From Octopus sinensis (lineage: Eukaryota), in the NCBI RefSeq assembly GCF_006345805.1, contig NC_042998.1, positions 26,288,001 to 26,352,000 of the forward strand: a DNA stretch of 64,000 bases. The letters are read 5' to 3'. How positions within the stretch are numbered: position 1 is the first letter of the stretch; every line of letters begins with the position of its first letter. Shown here one piece after another: positions 11,750 to 24,290 of the stretch. Made by a program: the position numbers and the translations under genes. The notes under the pieces are model-generated. The model made no database searches, was not told the origin of the DNA, and saw only the letters and a program-made list of their open reading frames with translations.

Positions 11750-11913
11750 CAACGGGCTTCTTTCAGTTTCCGTCTACCAAATCCACTCACAAGGCTTTGG
11801 TCAGCCCGGTGCTATAGTAGAAGACACTTGCCCAAGGTACCATGCAGCGAGATTGAACCCGGAACCATGTGGTTCGTAAGCAAGCTACTTACCATACAGC
11901 CACTCCTGCACCT
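11499..11913 (-). mobile_element. SINE family A, full length
   Basis: Similarity to other copies. Confidence 0.85.
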
Positions 11914-11925
11914 ACATATATTTAT

Positions 11926-12510
11926 ATCATCATCATCATCATCATCATTTAACATCTGTTTTCCATGCTGGTATGGGTTGGACGGTTTGACAGGAGCTGG
12001 CCAGCTGAAGAGCTGCTCAGGTTCCATGTCTGTTTTGGCATGTCTCTATGATTGGATGTCCTACCTCACACCAACCACCTTACAGAGTGTACTGGGTGCT
12101 CTTATGCAGCACTGGCACAGGTGTGTTTACATGGTGCCAGTACAGGTGTTTTTTACATAGCATCAGCACCCGTAATCCCAGAAGATTAGGAATACTCAGC
12201 TGGAGAGGAAGCAAGGAACAAATCATCCTTTTCTTTATCTTTTCAAGCACAGCAAATTACCAGGGGTCTCAGTCCTCTGTCATCCCCTCTGTAAGTCCCA
12301 AAATCAGTAGAGCCTTTCTCACCACTTTGTCCCACATCTACTTGGGTCTACTCCTTCCACATGTTCCATTTGCAATTAGCGATCAGCACCTCTTGATGCA
12401 ACTGTCTTCATTTATATGCATTACATGACCATACCAGCACAGTCTTCTCTCTTTCATACAACATCTGATACCTCATATACCCATCTCTCAAGTTCCTCAC
12501 ACTCTGTCAT
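11926..12510 (-). mobile_element. RTE-clade LINE 3' end including degraded ORF C-terminus
   Basis: Minus strand reads RRLCWYGHVMHINEDSCIKRC...RSRPK...LGLTEGMTED, then the family B 3' UTR and (GAT)n tail. Confidence 0.75.
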
Positions 12511-12743
12511 ACACACACACACACACACACGCATATTCATTTTGCAAGATTCTTGATGTGAATTTGTGTGTTGAAACAGATATTGTTGCATTTGGGAATG
12601 GTCATGTTACTAATTTAGCCAATTTAGCCAATGAAAACACACACACACTATATATTTAGCGTTCACTTGCTTCAGCCTTATTTTATATTAATTGTATTTT
12701 GGCCAGTAGATGTTTAAAGAGGTAGACCCCTGCAATTCCATCT

Positions 12744-13360
12744 ATGGCTAGGAAGATCCCTATAGAGAGATGGAGCAGATGGACCAGAGCCATACGGACC
12801 CCTGAAAACCAATATCAAGTAAAGAAAATGATTGCACATGCACTAGGAACTAGTATAAGAGTTACCCTAAAAGGCCACACGTTTAAGTTTAACAACAAAA
12901 TATATAGGATAAGGGGCGGCCATCAGGGTTAGCATCAACGGTGATGTGTCCAACCGTTTCATGGTATGGTGGACAGGAGGCTTAAAGGATGCCTGACACA
13001 GTACTCCATACTCGTGAACATGTACTCTCACTATGTCGATGATATCGACATAGTGGTAAAGGCACCCTCACAAGAGAGTACCCTTGAAATAGAAATAGAA
13101 ACTAATACTACGGAGATCTTCCAGAAAATAGCTAACTCCATCCACCAGAGTATTAAGGTCATGATAGACTACCCTATGAAAAACCCTAACCATAAACTAC
13201 CAGTACTAGATGCAAAACTCTGACTGTAAACTGTGAATAATAGAGCCCAAATCTTCCATTCACACTATGCCAAACTTATGGCCTCCAAATACCTGATCCG
13301 CCAGAACTCAGCTATCACGAACAATGCCAAATTGAATATATATAGATGGCAGACCTCGTC
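12744..13360 (+). pseudogene. Penelope-like element reverse transcriptase remnant (frameshifted)
   Basis: FKFNNKIY...YSHYVDDIDIVV...IANSIHQSIKVMIDYP...KLPVLDAK...HYAKLMASKYLI..NSA, a PLE RT/thumb-type signature. Confidence 0.75.
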
Positions 13361-13369
13361 AGAGTAATG

Positions 13370-13630
13370 CAAGTTTTGCACACCACTACATCACATATGA
13401 AAAATGACATCGCTTAAATGGCAGCCATTTTCGGCTTTGCATACCCATGCTCTTTCCGAAACTTGCACCATAAAACCCTCAAGAGTTTCAGACCCCACTT
13501 CAAGTCTGGGAAAATTAAGGCCAGTTGACATTGCAGTAGTGGGAGATTATTCTCTCTCCAAAGCACTGCCATAGCAATTGCATTGTCTCTCTTATGGCAC
13601 GAGCAGTTGCCCCATCTTGCTTGAACCATG
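13370..13630 (-). pseudogene. Tc1/mariner (DD41D, rosa-like) transposase fragment, internally deleted
   Basis: Minus strand WFKQDGAT...NWP*FS, then the C-terminal segment inverted relative to 13790-13915. Confidence 0.7.
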
Positions 13631-14033
13631 TGTGAGGTCTACTTTGAATGGCCTTCATTTTCCCCAGACTTGACAAGCCTGGGTTTTTTCTTGTGGGGAT
13701 ACCTGAAAGAGAAGGTTTACATCAACAAACCAGAGACCCTGGTGCAACTGAAGAAGAACATCAATAGAGAAATCACAGAGGTAGACTCTGAAACTCTTGA
13801 GGGAATTATTATGGTGCAAGTTTTGGAAAGAGCACAGGCATGCAAAGCCGAAAATGGCTGCCATTTAAGCAATGTTATTTTTCATATGTAATGTAGTGGT
13901 ACTGCAAAATCTGACTTGTGCATAGTAATTTCCATGATGTCCTTTATATTGTAACAAAATTTCATGCATTTATTTGTAAAGTTAAGGAAGTTATTAAAAA
14001 TTGAAACCCATCAGTGACTTTTGGGACACTCTG
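13628..14033 (+). mobile_element. Tc1/mariner (rosa-like) 3' end with TIR
   Basis: WPSFSPDLTSLGFFLWGYLKEKVY...GCHLSNVIF*; ends TTTTGGGACACTCTG|TA. Confidence 0.8.
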
Positions 14034-14044
14034 TATATATATAA

Positions 14045-14046
14045 AG

Positions 14047-14108
<62 letters not shown>
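14045..14108. repeat. (GATA)n microsatellite
   Basis: Direct reading. Confidence 0.95.
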
Positions 14109-14109
<1 letters not shown>

Positions 14110-14184
14110 AACACACACACACACACATATCATCATCATCATCCCTTAACATTTGTTTTCCATGCTGGCATGGGCTGCTTGGAC

Positions 14185-14272
14185 ATATATATATATATAT
14201 AATATATACATATATACGTATGTATGTATATACATTTATACGTATATATACATTATATATATATATATATCA

Positions 14273-14363
<91 letters not shown>

Positions 14364-14959
14364 TATATATATATACACACATATATATAGATTTATACAT
14401 ACATATATATATATATACATACACACACACACACACATATATATACACATATATATACACATATATATACAAAGGCACATACATATATATACTTTAAAAA
14501 TATGTAGATAAATATACACACACAACACACACACACACACATGGCGCTAGGATGTCATAGTCAGTCAATTCAGCAATTCATTCATTACTGATCTATTCAT
14601 CACTATTTAATTCATCAACTGCATCCAAGTCAAAATGTCACCATGTTATTTCATTCTTTTATTCCTCTTTCAGAATAACAGAATGAAATAACCTTGAACT
14701 GCTTAGCTTTCATTTCCATGGAAATTGTATATGTGAAAAAAGGCAATTGTTTCTTAATTCATGGAATTGAGTAGATGTTGAATTGTTGCAGTAAATACTT
14801 CTTCGAGTGTTTTGTGTTTTGAGTAGGTTTTCTTTAAATATTTAATTGTGTGTGGATGTTGTAGGCAGAAACTATATATATATATATATAAAGTACAATG
14901 TTTAACACACCCTTTTGAAGGCTTTCTTTATTATATATATACATATAAACATGTATATA

Positions 14960-15016
<57 letters not shown>

Positions 15017-15019
15017 CTA

Positions 15020-15050
<31 letters not shown>

Positions 15051-15336
15051 TATTATATACATATATATATACATATATATATATACATATACATATATAT
15101 ACATATACATATATATATATATACATATACATATATATATATACATATATATATTATATACATATATATATATATATACATATATACATATATATATAGA
15201 TATATATATATATATAACATATATATATATATACATATATATATATTATAATATATATACATATATATATACATATATACATACATATATGTATATATAC
15301 ATATATATATATATACATATATATATAATATATATA

Positions 15337-15383
<47 letters not shown>

Positions 15384-15758
15384 ACACACACACACATACA
15401 CACATACATATATGTGGAGGCGCAATGGCCCAGTGGTTAGGGCAGCAGACTCGCGGTCGTAGGATCGCGGTTTCGATTCCCAGACCGGGCGTTGTGTGTG
15501 TTTATTGAGCGAAAACACCTAAAAGCTCCAGGAGGCTCCGGCAGGGGGTGGTGATACCTGCTGTACTCTTTCACCACTCTTTCTCTTTCTTTCTTCTGTT
15601 GGCCTGCTCGCTTAGCCAGCAGGGTGGCGTCATTTGAAGGCTAACACAATGCGAAGGCATTGTGACCAGCGATGTGTAGCAACATCTGATGGTCTGGTCG
15701 GTCACGTGATATACATATATATATATATATATACATATATACATACATATATACATAC

Positions 15759-15804
<46 letters not shown>

Positions 15805-15938
15805 TTATATATATTTCAACAATAGCCTTAAAAAAGTTTTTTAGCTGCTATTTCTAATGAGTTCAGTATGCGGCAAAGTAATTTATTTTACTAAGCCCTT
15901 TTATATAATATATTTATATATATACATATATATATATT

Positions 15939-15975
<37 letters not shown>

Positions 15976-16001
15976 ACAATGCTATAAATTATATATATAT
16001 A

Positions 16002-16053
<52 letters not shown>

Positions 16054-16096
16054 ATATACACACAATGCTATAAATTATATATATATATATATATAT
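14185..16096. repeat. Compound (TA/CA)n microsatellite tracts interrupted by unique DNA and a SINE
   Basis: Direct reading; source of the spurious YI-rich ORFs. Confidence 0.9.
15414..15711 (+). mobile_element. SINE family D (tRNA-derived)
   Basis: GGCCCAGTGGTTAGGGC...GGTTTCGATTCCC head; close copy at 42226-42524. Confidence 0.8.
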
Positions 16097-16945
16097 CATA
16101 AGCGTGCGGTCTATGGAAGCAATGCTTCCTTTAAAAATTATAGAAACAAAATTGTTTTTCATAAGATCGTTCTTTTAATGTTCTGTGAAATTAATATAAA
16201 CTACATGGCATCATAGGCTTCAGACTTTTAATGTCGGAATTAGCATGAGACGACAAGCAGTGGCAGACGACACAACAAATCTTGCAAGGGAAGCAGCACG
16301 GCTGTTGCATCCTTTTCGGTGTAATATTTTAACATGTTTTCCGATAAAAATGTCACAAAGATATATTTTTTCGAGTAAGAGCTGAGAACGAATAGTTTTA
16401 GAAGCTAATAAATACTTATATGCTTAGATTAAGTTTCTGTCAGTTCGCAATACCTATGACATAATCTTACGTTACGTAACACTTACATACGAAAAGGGAA
16501 GCAAGTTGACATTCTGCTTCCATCAGGAAAATAAAAGATAACACGCGCGTAGTTGTCTGCGTTTATTCAACTAATATTTTATACTTTTTCAAATTACAGA
16601 ACACCCTTTTTTTGTTCATAGTACGGCCCATAGATTAAATCTAGTTCTGCCTCAAGCGGCTGCAAATATCTTTTTACGTGTGCACCTTTAGATACTGAAA
16701 TTAGAAAGCGTTTTTCAAAAGTGACGCCGATTCACTGGAATTTGAATCATTCGTTGGTAGAAAACAGTTGGTGAATATCTTGAGCAACTTGCAGATTTAT
16801 TCCTAAACATTATTGATAATTCAAGTAAATGGGACACGGAAAGCTATACCTATGTTCAGGCGTATTCTAATTTACAAAATTGTGAATTCGAATTTTTGTT
16901 AAATGTGTTTGGAGATATTTTTATTTACAGAAATGCAGCATCCTG

Positions 16946-17436
16946 TTTCTTTATTAGCCACAAGGGCCCAAACATAGAGGGGGACAATACAGCCTGATTG
17001 GGGTCAGACACACAATGATTATATGACTTTTAAAATTTTACAAAATATAATGAAATCGAATGAGATACAACAAGGACAAAATACAAACATGAAATGAAGC
17101 AGAGAAATGGGTTACGCTCCGACCCCAAAGCCCCATTCTCCTATTGGAACCTTTGTATGCAAACTTATGACATGTTTACGAAGAATCTTTCATTCCAAGC
17201 ACCTCGCAACATGCAACCATCTTTCTTTGAACATTTTCTTTGACAGGCATCTTCTCTCCAGCCTCACCTTCCTTTTAAGGTGGAAGATAAAAAATCTCAC
17301 CAACCCGAGACCGGGGATGAGGTTGCCTGTCGCCAAACCTTTCATTCGCGACTTCCATACCACCTCTTTCGCCATTGCTACTACTGCGAGAAAACATTGC
17401 TTACTTTCTTTCGTGAGGAAGTCCGGCGGGTCAATT
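16946..17436 (-). mobile_element. L1/Tx1-like LINE 3' end
   Basis: FLAVVAMAKEVVWKSRMKG...FHLKRKVRLERRCLS...RW-type C-terminus; 3' end TGTCCCCCTCTATGTTTGGGCCCTTGTGGCTAATAAAGAAA. Confidence 0.6.
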
Positions 17437-17671
17437 AAAAAAACATTTGACATATCCTACTGTATTCCGTAAAGTAAATGAAATTGTGAAAGTTTTGAAA
17501 GAAAAAAAAAGCATTAATTTTCTAAATTTGGGACTAATGTTGATGGCTTTTATTCTCAAATGAAGTAAAGAAAAATTGCGTTTGAAACAGAAGAAAGATT
17601 CTGACAGCTGTTCTACAAAATTATAGATTTAATTTATTAGCAAACTGCGATACGATTTCAAAATTTTAATA

Positions 17672-18215
17672 GGTTTCAAAGGCCCACAGCTTTTTAATAT
17701 TCTGCCGAAGAGCCTGAGGAACCTGCACAAAGTAGATGAAGGCGTTTTTAAATCAAAGCTGGACCTCTTCCTGTCGAGAGTCCCAGGTGAACCTACATCA
17801 AGGCAAGAGGTGCAAATGAGGGTAGCTATATCAAACTCCGGTACTACTTGAGGTGCGCGCACTCGCGTACTCGCGCATCCGCGCTAGCTAGTCGTGACTA
17901 GTCGATCGTTACTTTGTGTTTTTGTGCTTTATTTACTTTGTTTAACAAAAATTATTTACTTTGTGTAAAAAAAATTATTTATTTTGTGTTTTATTTACTT
18001 TGCTAGGTAGTCGTTGTAGGATCGACTAGTCACGACTAGCTAGCGCGGAAGCTCGACTACGCGAGTGCGCGCACCGGGACCACTGTCCTCAAGTGGTACC
18101 TCAAACTTCGTTCTTCACCAAGTGCGACATATTGGAGGAGGCTCTCAGTGATGACAGTGTAGCAAAACGGCGGTGCATCAGCATGGCCACAGCTCTGAGC
18201 TGAAACTACAAGGAA
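17672..18215 (+). mobile_element. CR1-group LINE 3' end, split by a MITE
   Basis: GFKGPQLFNILPKSLRNLH...KLDLFLSRVPGEP, homologous to the LINE at 58876; tail GGCGGTGCATCAGCATGGCCACAGCTCTGAGCTGAAAC. Confidence 0.8.
17840..18100. mobile_element. Merlin-like (or MULE-like) MITE, 261 bp, 9-bp TSD
   Basis: TIR GGTACTACTTGAG / CTCAAGTGGTACC extending ~85 bp; TSD TCAAACTCC / TCAAACTTC; removing it restores the LINE frame (AISNSVLHQV). Confidence 0.85.
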
Positions 18216-19600
18216 AACAAAAATTACATGTTTTATCGCTCTCGATCCAAGGAGACAAAATAACGACGTCCAGGAAACATCTTTAATTTGCCTTAAACAT
18301 TCTTACGGAGACCATTTCGACAGCCAGAAATTAAGAAGCAAACTTAATGCCTTGTACAAAGATGGCTGAACTAAAAGGAAAATCCGTTCAAGATTTACTT
18401 TACGTTCTGCATAATATTGGATTAGATGAAGCTTTGCCCCAGTTAACGAAGCTTTCTGAATTAATATTAACACTACCAGCAACGGTGGAGCACTCTTTTT
18501 CATAGTCACCGGCTAACGATACATCGAAGAGGCCAGGGAACAGAAGAAAGAAGACATGCATCCAACACCAGAGCTGAAGACACCTCCGAAAGTGGGGACG
18601 GGGCGACACGTCAAAACGGTAGAAGAGTAGGGACCGAAACCGGACGTGGTTCCCCTGATGATGTCTTGAGCTAACTGGATCCTATATATAAAGGAGCTGT
18701 TGTGGTAGCAGACCACGAAACACGGTTGTAATTCCCCAAGAAATTCGAAGGAACAAGAAAGGTTGAGCAGTTTAGCTCTAATTGGCGCAGAAAAAGACCG
18801 TTTTAAAAAGCATTAAGAACGATACTTTCTACATTGATGTTATCAAGAATTTCAGCAAGAAAGAGAGGAGGATTAAATTAACATCTAATTGAAATAGGTA
18901 AGTTTTAATTGGGATTTTTTTTTTTAATTTTAAAAGTAGCTGTATAATATGAACATGTCAATTTGATTGAAATATCTATGTGAAAGAAAATGGTAAAATG
19001 TTCGAGTAACACCTGCACGATTTTCACTAAGAAAAAAAAAAACTCGGATTTTTTTGCGTGGAATCAAGTACCCTGACCTCGTAATATGGTGCAAATCCCA
19101 TAATTTGGGTCATTGCTTCACCAGCCAGAAACTTCACCGCACGACCCTGATATATATATATTTGTATACAGTGATGGACTGGCCAGCTTGCTCGATGGCA
19201 AGTGGGCCCCTGCGCCATGCTAGTGTCTATGGAGCCCATCCACTCAAGTTTGATCATTTTTTTTTATTCACTCCTGAAAGAATGCATTAATTATTTCAGC
19301 CTGGCTGTGTTTGTAGACAGTTGAAAAGAATACTTTTAACAAAAAAAATTACATTATAGCATTGAAGTTGTGGGTGGACCCCCTTAGTCTCCTGGCAACC
19401 AATATTCTTAGACCCAGCTTTCGGAATTTTTTTTTCTCAGCGGATTCTTACGTTTTCGATGATGGAGATTCCGAATATGCAAAAAAAAAATCACGTTTCC
19501 AAAAGTTTACATCCCCCCCCCATCCCCACAGTTTTTATAATTTTAAAATTTTTTGAAATTTCTTTTTTCAATCTACGTGGAAAAATACGGAGATTAACGA

Positions 19601-19892
19601 GGTACTACTAGCGAACAGTGGTCCCGGTGCGCGCACTCGCGCTAGCTAGTCGTAAGTAGTCGATCCTACAACGACTTGCGCGTATGTTTGTATTTCAAAG
19701 CTGAATACATATCAAAGAAAATTAAATAATATCTTTCGAACAAAGTAAATAAAATGCAAAGTAAATAATTTTTTAAACTAAGTAAATAAATTATTTTTAT
19801 AAACAAACTAAGGTTAGGTTTAGGGTTAGGGTTAAAAAGTCGTAGGATTGACTACTTACGACTAGCTAGGACCACTGTTCGCTAGTAGTACC
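19601..19892. mobile_element. Related Merlin-like MITE, 292 bp, 9-bp TSD
   Basis: Perfect TIR GGTACTACTAGCGAACAGTGGTCC; flanks GATTAACGA / AATTAACGA; internal TTAGGG-like tract. Confidence 0.85.
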
Positions 19893-19974
19893 AATTAACG
19901 ATATGGCAAACAAAAAAATTAATTAATATCAAATTTTGTATGAAAAACTCCAAATTCGATCCACACACCCAGCA

Positions 19975-20170
19975 AAAAAGAAATCAACCACAGGATTTAT
20001 TCTTTGTAAGCCTAGTACTCATTCTGTCAGTGCCTTTTACCAAACCGCTAAGTTACGGGAATGTAAACACAGCAACATCAGTTATCAAGCAATGGTGGGG
20101 GTACAAACACAAGACACACATACACATATATACGACAGTCTTCTTTCAGTTTCCGAGTACAAAATCCACT
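19975..20170 (-). mobile_element. SINE family A, middle fragment
   Basis: Degenerate match to other copies. Confidence 0.7.
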
Positions 20171-22074
20171 ACTATATATTGTAGCTGACATACCTGGTAA
20201 TTCCTGGGAAATTGGGCTTATCCCTTGGGTCCGTTCTCATAATTGTTTCGCTAATCCAGTAACAACAATACTAAGCATGTAGCCCTTACAACGTTTTTTT
20301 AATATTTATTGAGAATACTGAACTGTCTTATAAAGGATCTTGTTTTTAGGAATTCCCAATAAGTTATGAATACCCAAATTGTGAAGTCAGTTATGTAATA
20401 ACATGAAATTAATTACCCTATAGTAAGAATTCAAATAAAGTAGCCCCGAAAAGGGCTTTAATACGTTTCCAGTGTATATATATTTTAGGAGGAAATACTA
20501 ATAAGGTATGTTTACTAAAATCGTGAAACATGTTACATAATAACAGGCTAATCAAATATGAGATAATAGCAATTCAAAGTAATTAACAGTGAAAAAAAAG
20601 CTTTCGGAGAGAATTTTTTGATGAAATGTAATTCTGCATGAAAAATCATTAGTATAATATTTACGAATTCAAAATTTTTTAAACTAAATATATAAAATTA
20701 TATATATATATATATATTTATGTAAAGCTAGAACATCCCAATGCTACACACACACATATATATACATGAACATTTGGAATAAAAAATGCAATTCTCCGCT
20801 TGACCATCAAACATTTAATATTGGAGAGAATCCTTTGATAAAGTGTGTGTGTGTTTGGGAACATGTCCATGTTTTTACTCTGTAACTTCAAGCACGCCTC
20901 TTTCAATTTCATGTTTTTGCATTAGTATAACACTTACAAACTAGAAAAATACACAAAGCTCAGAACATCACAATGCCACACGTATACATCTGAATATTTA
21001 CAGAGATGAGCATTATATTTCCGATATTTTAGTTAGATTTAGAATGCAAAATGTACTGTCTCTGCTTTTGTTTTAAACATTCAATTTTGGAGAGAATTTA
21101 TATATATACGCACACATACACACACACACAGATGTATGTGTATAACGAACTTGATGGAACAAAATTTATTGAAACAGTCATTTGTAATCTGAAATATTTA
21201 TATCTCAAAGTTATTCTGGTTTCTATTTGTCCTTTGTATTTGTGTGTGTATGTGATGAATAATTCTAAAATGAATGAAGTATTTCAAACCTATAATATTA
21301 GTCTTATTTTCCTCTTCCTCTAACCTCCTCTATTCTATGCGTGTTATTTTACACTTATTTCTTTGTTTGATGTGTTCAGTAAGATAAATGACAGAACTTG
21401 AAGAAAATAAAAAGAAAATTTATAAAACTAAGGACAATATTCTCATTTTCACTGTGTAAATTTTTTTTCAACAATCCATTCCAATATTCATTATTTCCTA
21501 TATCTTAATATCTGCAGAGAGTGAAAGTTTTTATTCCTTAATATCACTTGAATGCCTTGTTTAAGCCCCATTTAACAACTCGGGTCATTCTGACTTGGAT
21601 ACTGGTGATGAATTGGCTGACACTGACTTGGCCTGGCTACATAGAGAAAAGGGACTCCAGACTGATTGGCTTGCATACATACATCCATGTGGAAGACATT
21701 ACACATGTGCTCAACAGCTTCCTAAAAACATCATCAAGAAACTACCTCTCGATGTGACATGACATCACTAAAACCATATACAATTCCTTCTAAAAACAAA
21801 AAAAGACTGCACGGAGATAAATATAGAAAATCTTACTATATTTTAATACATAAACAAACATCAACATAAGGGATACTAGTGGACCATTCCCATCAAAACT
21901 TGTACTACTTGCCAACGTAGGCTGGATATAACTTTTTGGGGATGGAGAAAGGAAAAGTATGTACTGGCATAAATATTAGTTGACCTGCTAATGAGAATAT
22001 CTCTTCGAAAATCAAATAGTGAGTTGGTGATTATGGACAACTGCTTCAAAGCATTCAGCTTTTATAGGGAGAGT

Positions 22075-22250
22075 TTACAAAAAAAACGAGACGAAGACAG
22101 GTGGTGTAGAAAACAAACAGCTGTATTAGTATAATGCTCAGGAATAGAAAAAGTCTTTTATGTTTCGAGCCTATGCTCCTCTACAGAAAGTGACACAGAA
22201 AAAACAAGGAGAGAAAAAAATGTGTGTAGTGGCTAACGATCTAAGATTAT
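22075..22250 (-). mobile_element. Penelope-like terminal fragment with hammerhead-like motif (22154-22190)
   Basis: Minus strand CTTT-CTGTAGA-G-GAGCATAGGCTC-GAAACATA-AAAG. Confidence 0.6.
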
Positions 22251-22399
22251 ATATTCACATTTATACCAAGAAAAATTATTGCATTTGGTTATGTTAGTAA
22301 ATGCCTAAGTGATAATCTGGAGAAGCTATTCAGAAACAGAAATCAACAAGTTAACATGCACATAGCAAATGCAATCAGTAAGTGGGACATGAAGATATA

Positions 22400-22640
22400 T
22401 ATCTGTGGTCCTATGTGGTGTATAAAATCATATGTAGTAATTTTAATGAATCCTACATCAGAAGTACCACCAGAAAAGGATACCTACAGGTTAGAGAGCA
22501 CCACAATTCTAATGCTTCTTTCACCGAAAAAATACCTACGGTAATGTCACACCCAAGGCATCCAAGTTTCCACAGAATAAAACATTGGGAACCTGAGATT
22601 AGAAGAAGCTATCATCATTAGCAAAATCAAAGAGCTGCAC
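22400..22640 (+). pseudogene. Penelope-like GIY-YIG endonuclease fragment
   Basis: SYVVYKIICSNFNESYIRSTTR..L..REH, then NLRLEEAIII in another frame. Confidence 0.65.
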
Positions 22641-23475
22641 TCAGTTGATTGGCTACTATAACAATGCTATTCTACACATACAAAGCAACCTTCCACATCT
22701 ACATTCTACAGAACAGAAATGTCAGCTTGCAAAAGGTGGTTATAACTCCAAAATATTGAAATACAATATAAACCTGAAAACCATCAACTCATATATTTCT
22801 TAGAACATGCATTGTTTTGGCTTCACAAAAAAAATTTAAGGCGATTATTTATATCAGACAATGTTTCATGTAAACTATACAAATCTAGAATGAGATATAT
22901 ATTCGAATGTGTGTGTGTGTGTGCATATGGGAGTTGTACTCATAGAAACACGTATACACATTGGCACATACATATATACCAACATACACACGAACATGTA
23001 CACATGCACACACACAAACACATATGTTTGTCTGAATATATTTGAAAACATTTTACAAATTATTGTTACCATTCTAATACACCTGCTTTCTAGGATCATT
23101 CATACATTTTAATGGTAGGCAAAATTCTATATGTCACATTTTCTATCATAACAAACACAATTAGAGAAGAAAGAGATTTAATTAATCACTAATATTTTAT
23201 TCTTTATTCATTTAAGTACATTCTCATCTCTAGTAGTTTTTGATATTTCATTGTGGTATCTGTTGATACTGGAAATATTTCCGATGCATATGTTTGTATG
23301 AAATTCAATTGTGCTTAACTCTTGTAACTCTATTGTGAACATACTTCTAAATATGTTTGAATTTGTTTGGAAATATGCAAACTTTGGAACGGTTTTGATA
23401 AAATATCTGACATATTTCCCTCGTTATGCTGGTGTCTGCATATAACTGAATAAAAGTAATGAATATAGAAGATTT

Positions 23476-23635
23476 ACAGGAGTGGCTGTGTGGTAAGTAG
23501 CTTGCTTACCAACCACATGGTTCCGGGTTCAGTCCCACTGCGTGGCACCTTGGGCAAGTATCTTCTACTAAAGCCTCGGGCTGACCAAAGCCTTGTGAGT
23601 GGATTTGGTAGACGGAAACTGAAAGAAGCCCGTCG

Positions 23636-23669
<34 letters not shown>

Positions 23670-24037
23670 AAGTGAGTGTTTGTGTCAGGTGCATGAGTGA
23701 CTGTGTGAACTTGCTTACCAACCACATGGTTCCGGGTTTAGTCCCACTGCGTGGCACCTTGGGCCAACCAAAGCCTTGTGAGTGGATTTGGTAGACAGAA
23801 ACTGAAAGAAGCCCGTCGTATATATGTATATATATATAGATACATGTGTTTGTCCCCCCAACATCGCTTGACAATCGATACTGGTGTGTTTATGCCCCCG
23901 TGACTTAGCGGTTCGGCAAAAGCGACCAATAGAATAAGTACTAGGCTTACAAAGAATAAGTCCTGGGGTCGATTTGCTCGACTAAAGGCGGTGCTCCAGC
24001 ATGGCCGCAGTCAAATGACTGAAACCAGTAAAAGAGT
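23476..24037 (+). mobile_element. SINE family A with duplicated 5' half
   Basis: Head at 23476 and a second, partly deleted head at ~23685, sharing one tail. Confidence 0.8.
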
Positions 24038-24290
24038 ATTAAAATATTAACAATTTGAAACCAGTTTTGTATTATGGAACAGGAACGAGAGGCTAGCTTC
24101 AAAAGTGCTGTCACTGAAATGGTTAATGTCTGATATACTCCGCTTCCTCAAATACTATGAAAAGTTTGTAACTAGAACAATTTGATAAAAATTTGGTGTT
24201 TTTTTGCATAAACACAAGGCTTCAGATCTTTGTCGGAGGAGAATTGCTGTCATATGTATTGATTCAGCATATGACTGGTGTTTAATTTTA

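Larger units (their letters stand above)
16097..19149 (+). mobile_element. Fragmented hAT transposon (ZMYM1-like transposase fossil) with nested insertions
   Basis: In order: FVHSTAHRLNLVL (~16612), KRFSKVTPIHW, FEFLLNVF, KKTFDISYCI (~17437), KLSELILTLPAT..VEHSFS, RNSKEQERLSSLALI (~18737). Imperfect ends share CGTGCGGT and GAAGCAATG; ATATATAT flanks. Confidence 0.7.

Noticed and set aside
15414-15490. tRNA gene candidates at SINE heads (also 4450-4523 and 42226-42300)
   Set aside because: No paired acceptor stem, and they continue into SINE bodies.
18600-18680. CTGATGA and GAAA near each other in the insert within the hAT
   Set aside because: No hammerhead topology gives a valid NUH site and stems.
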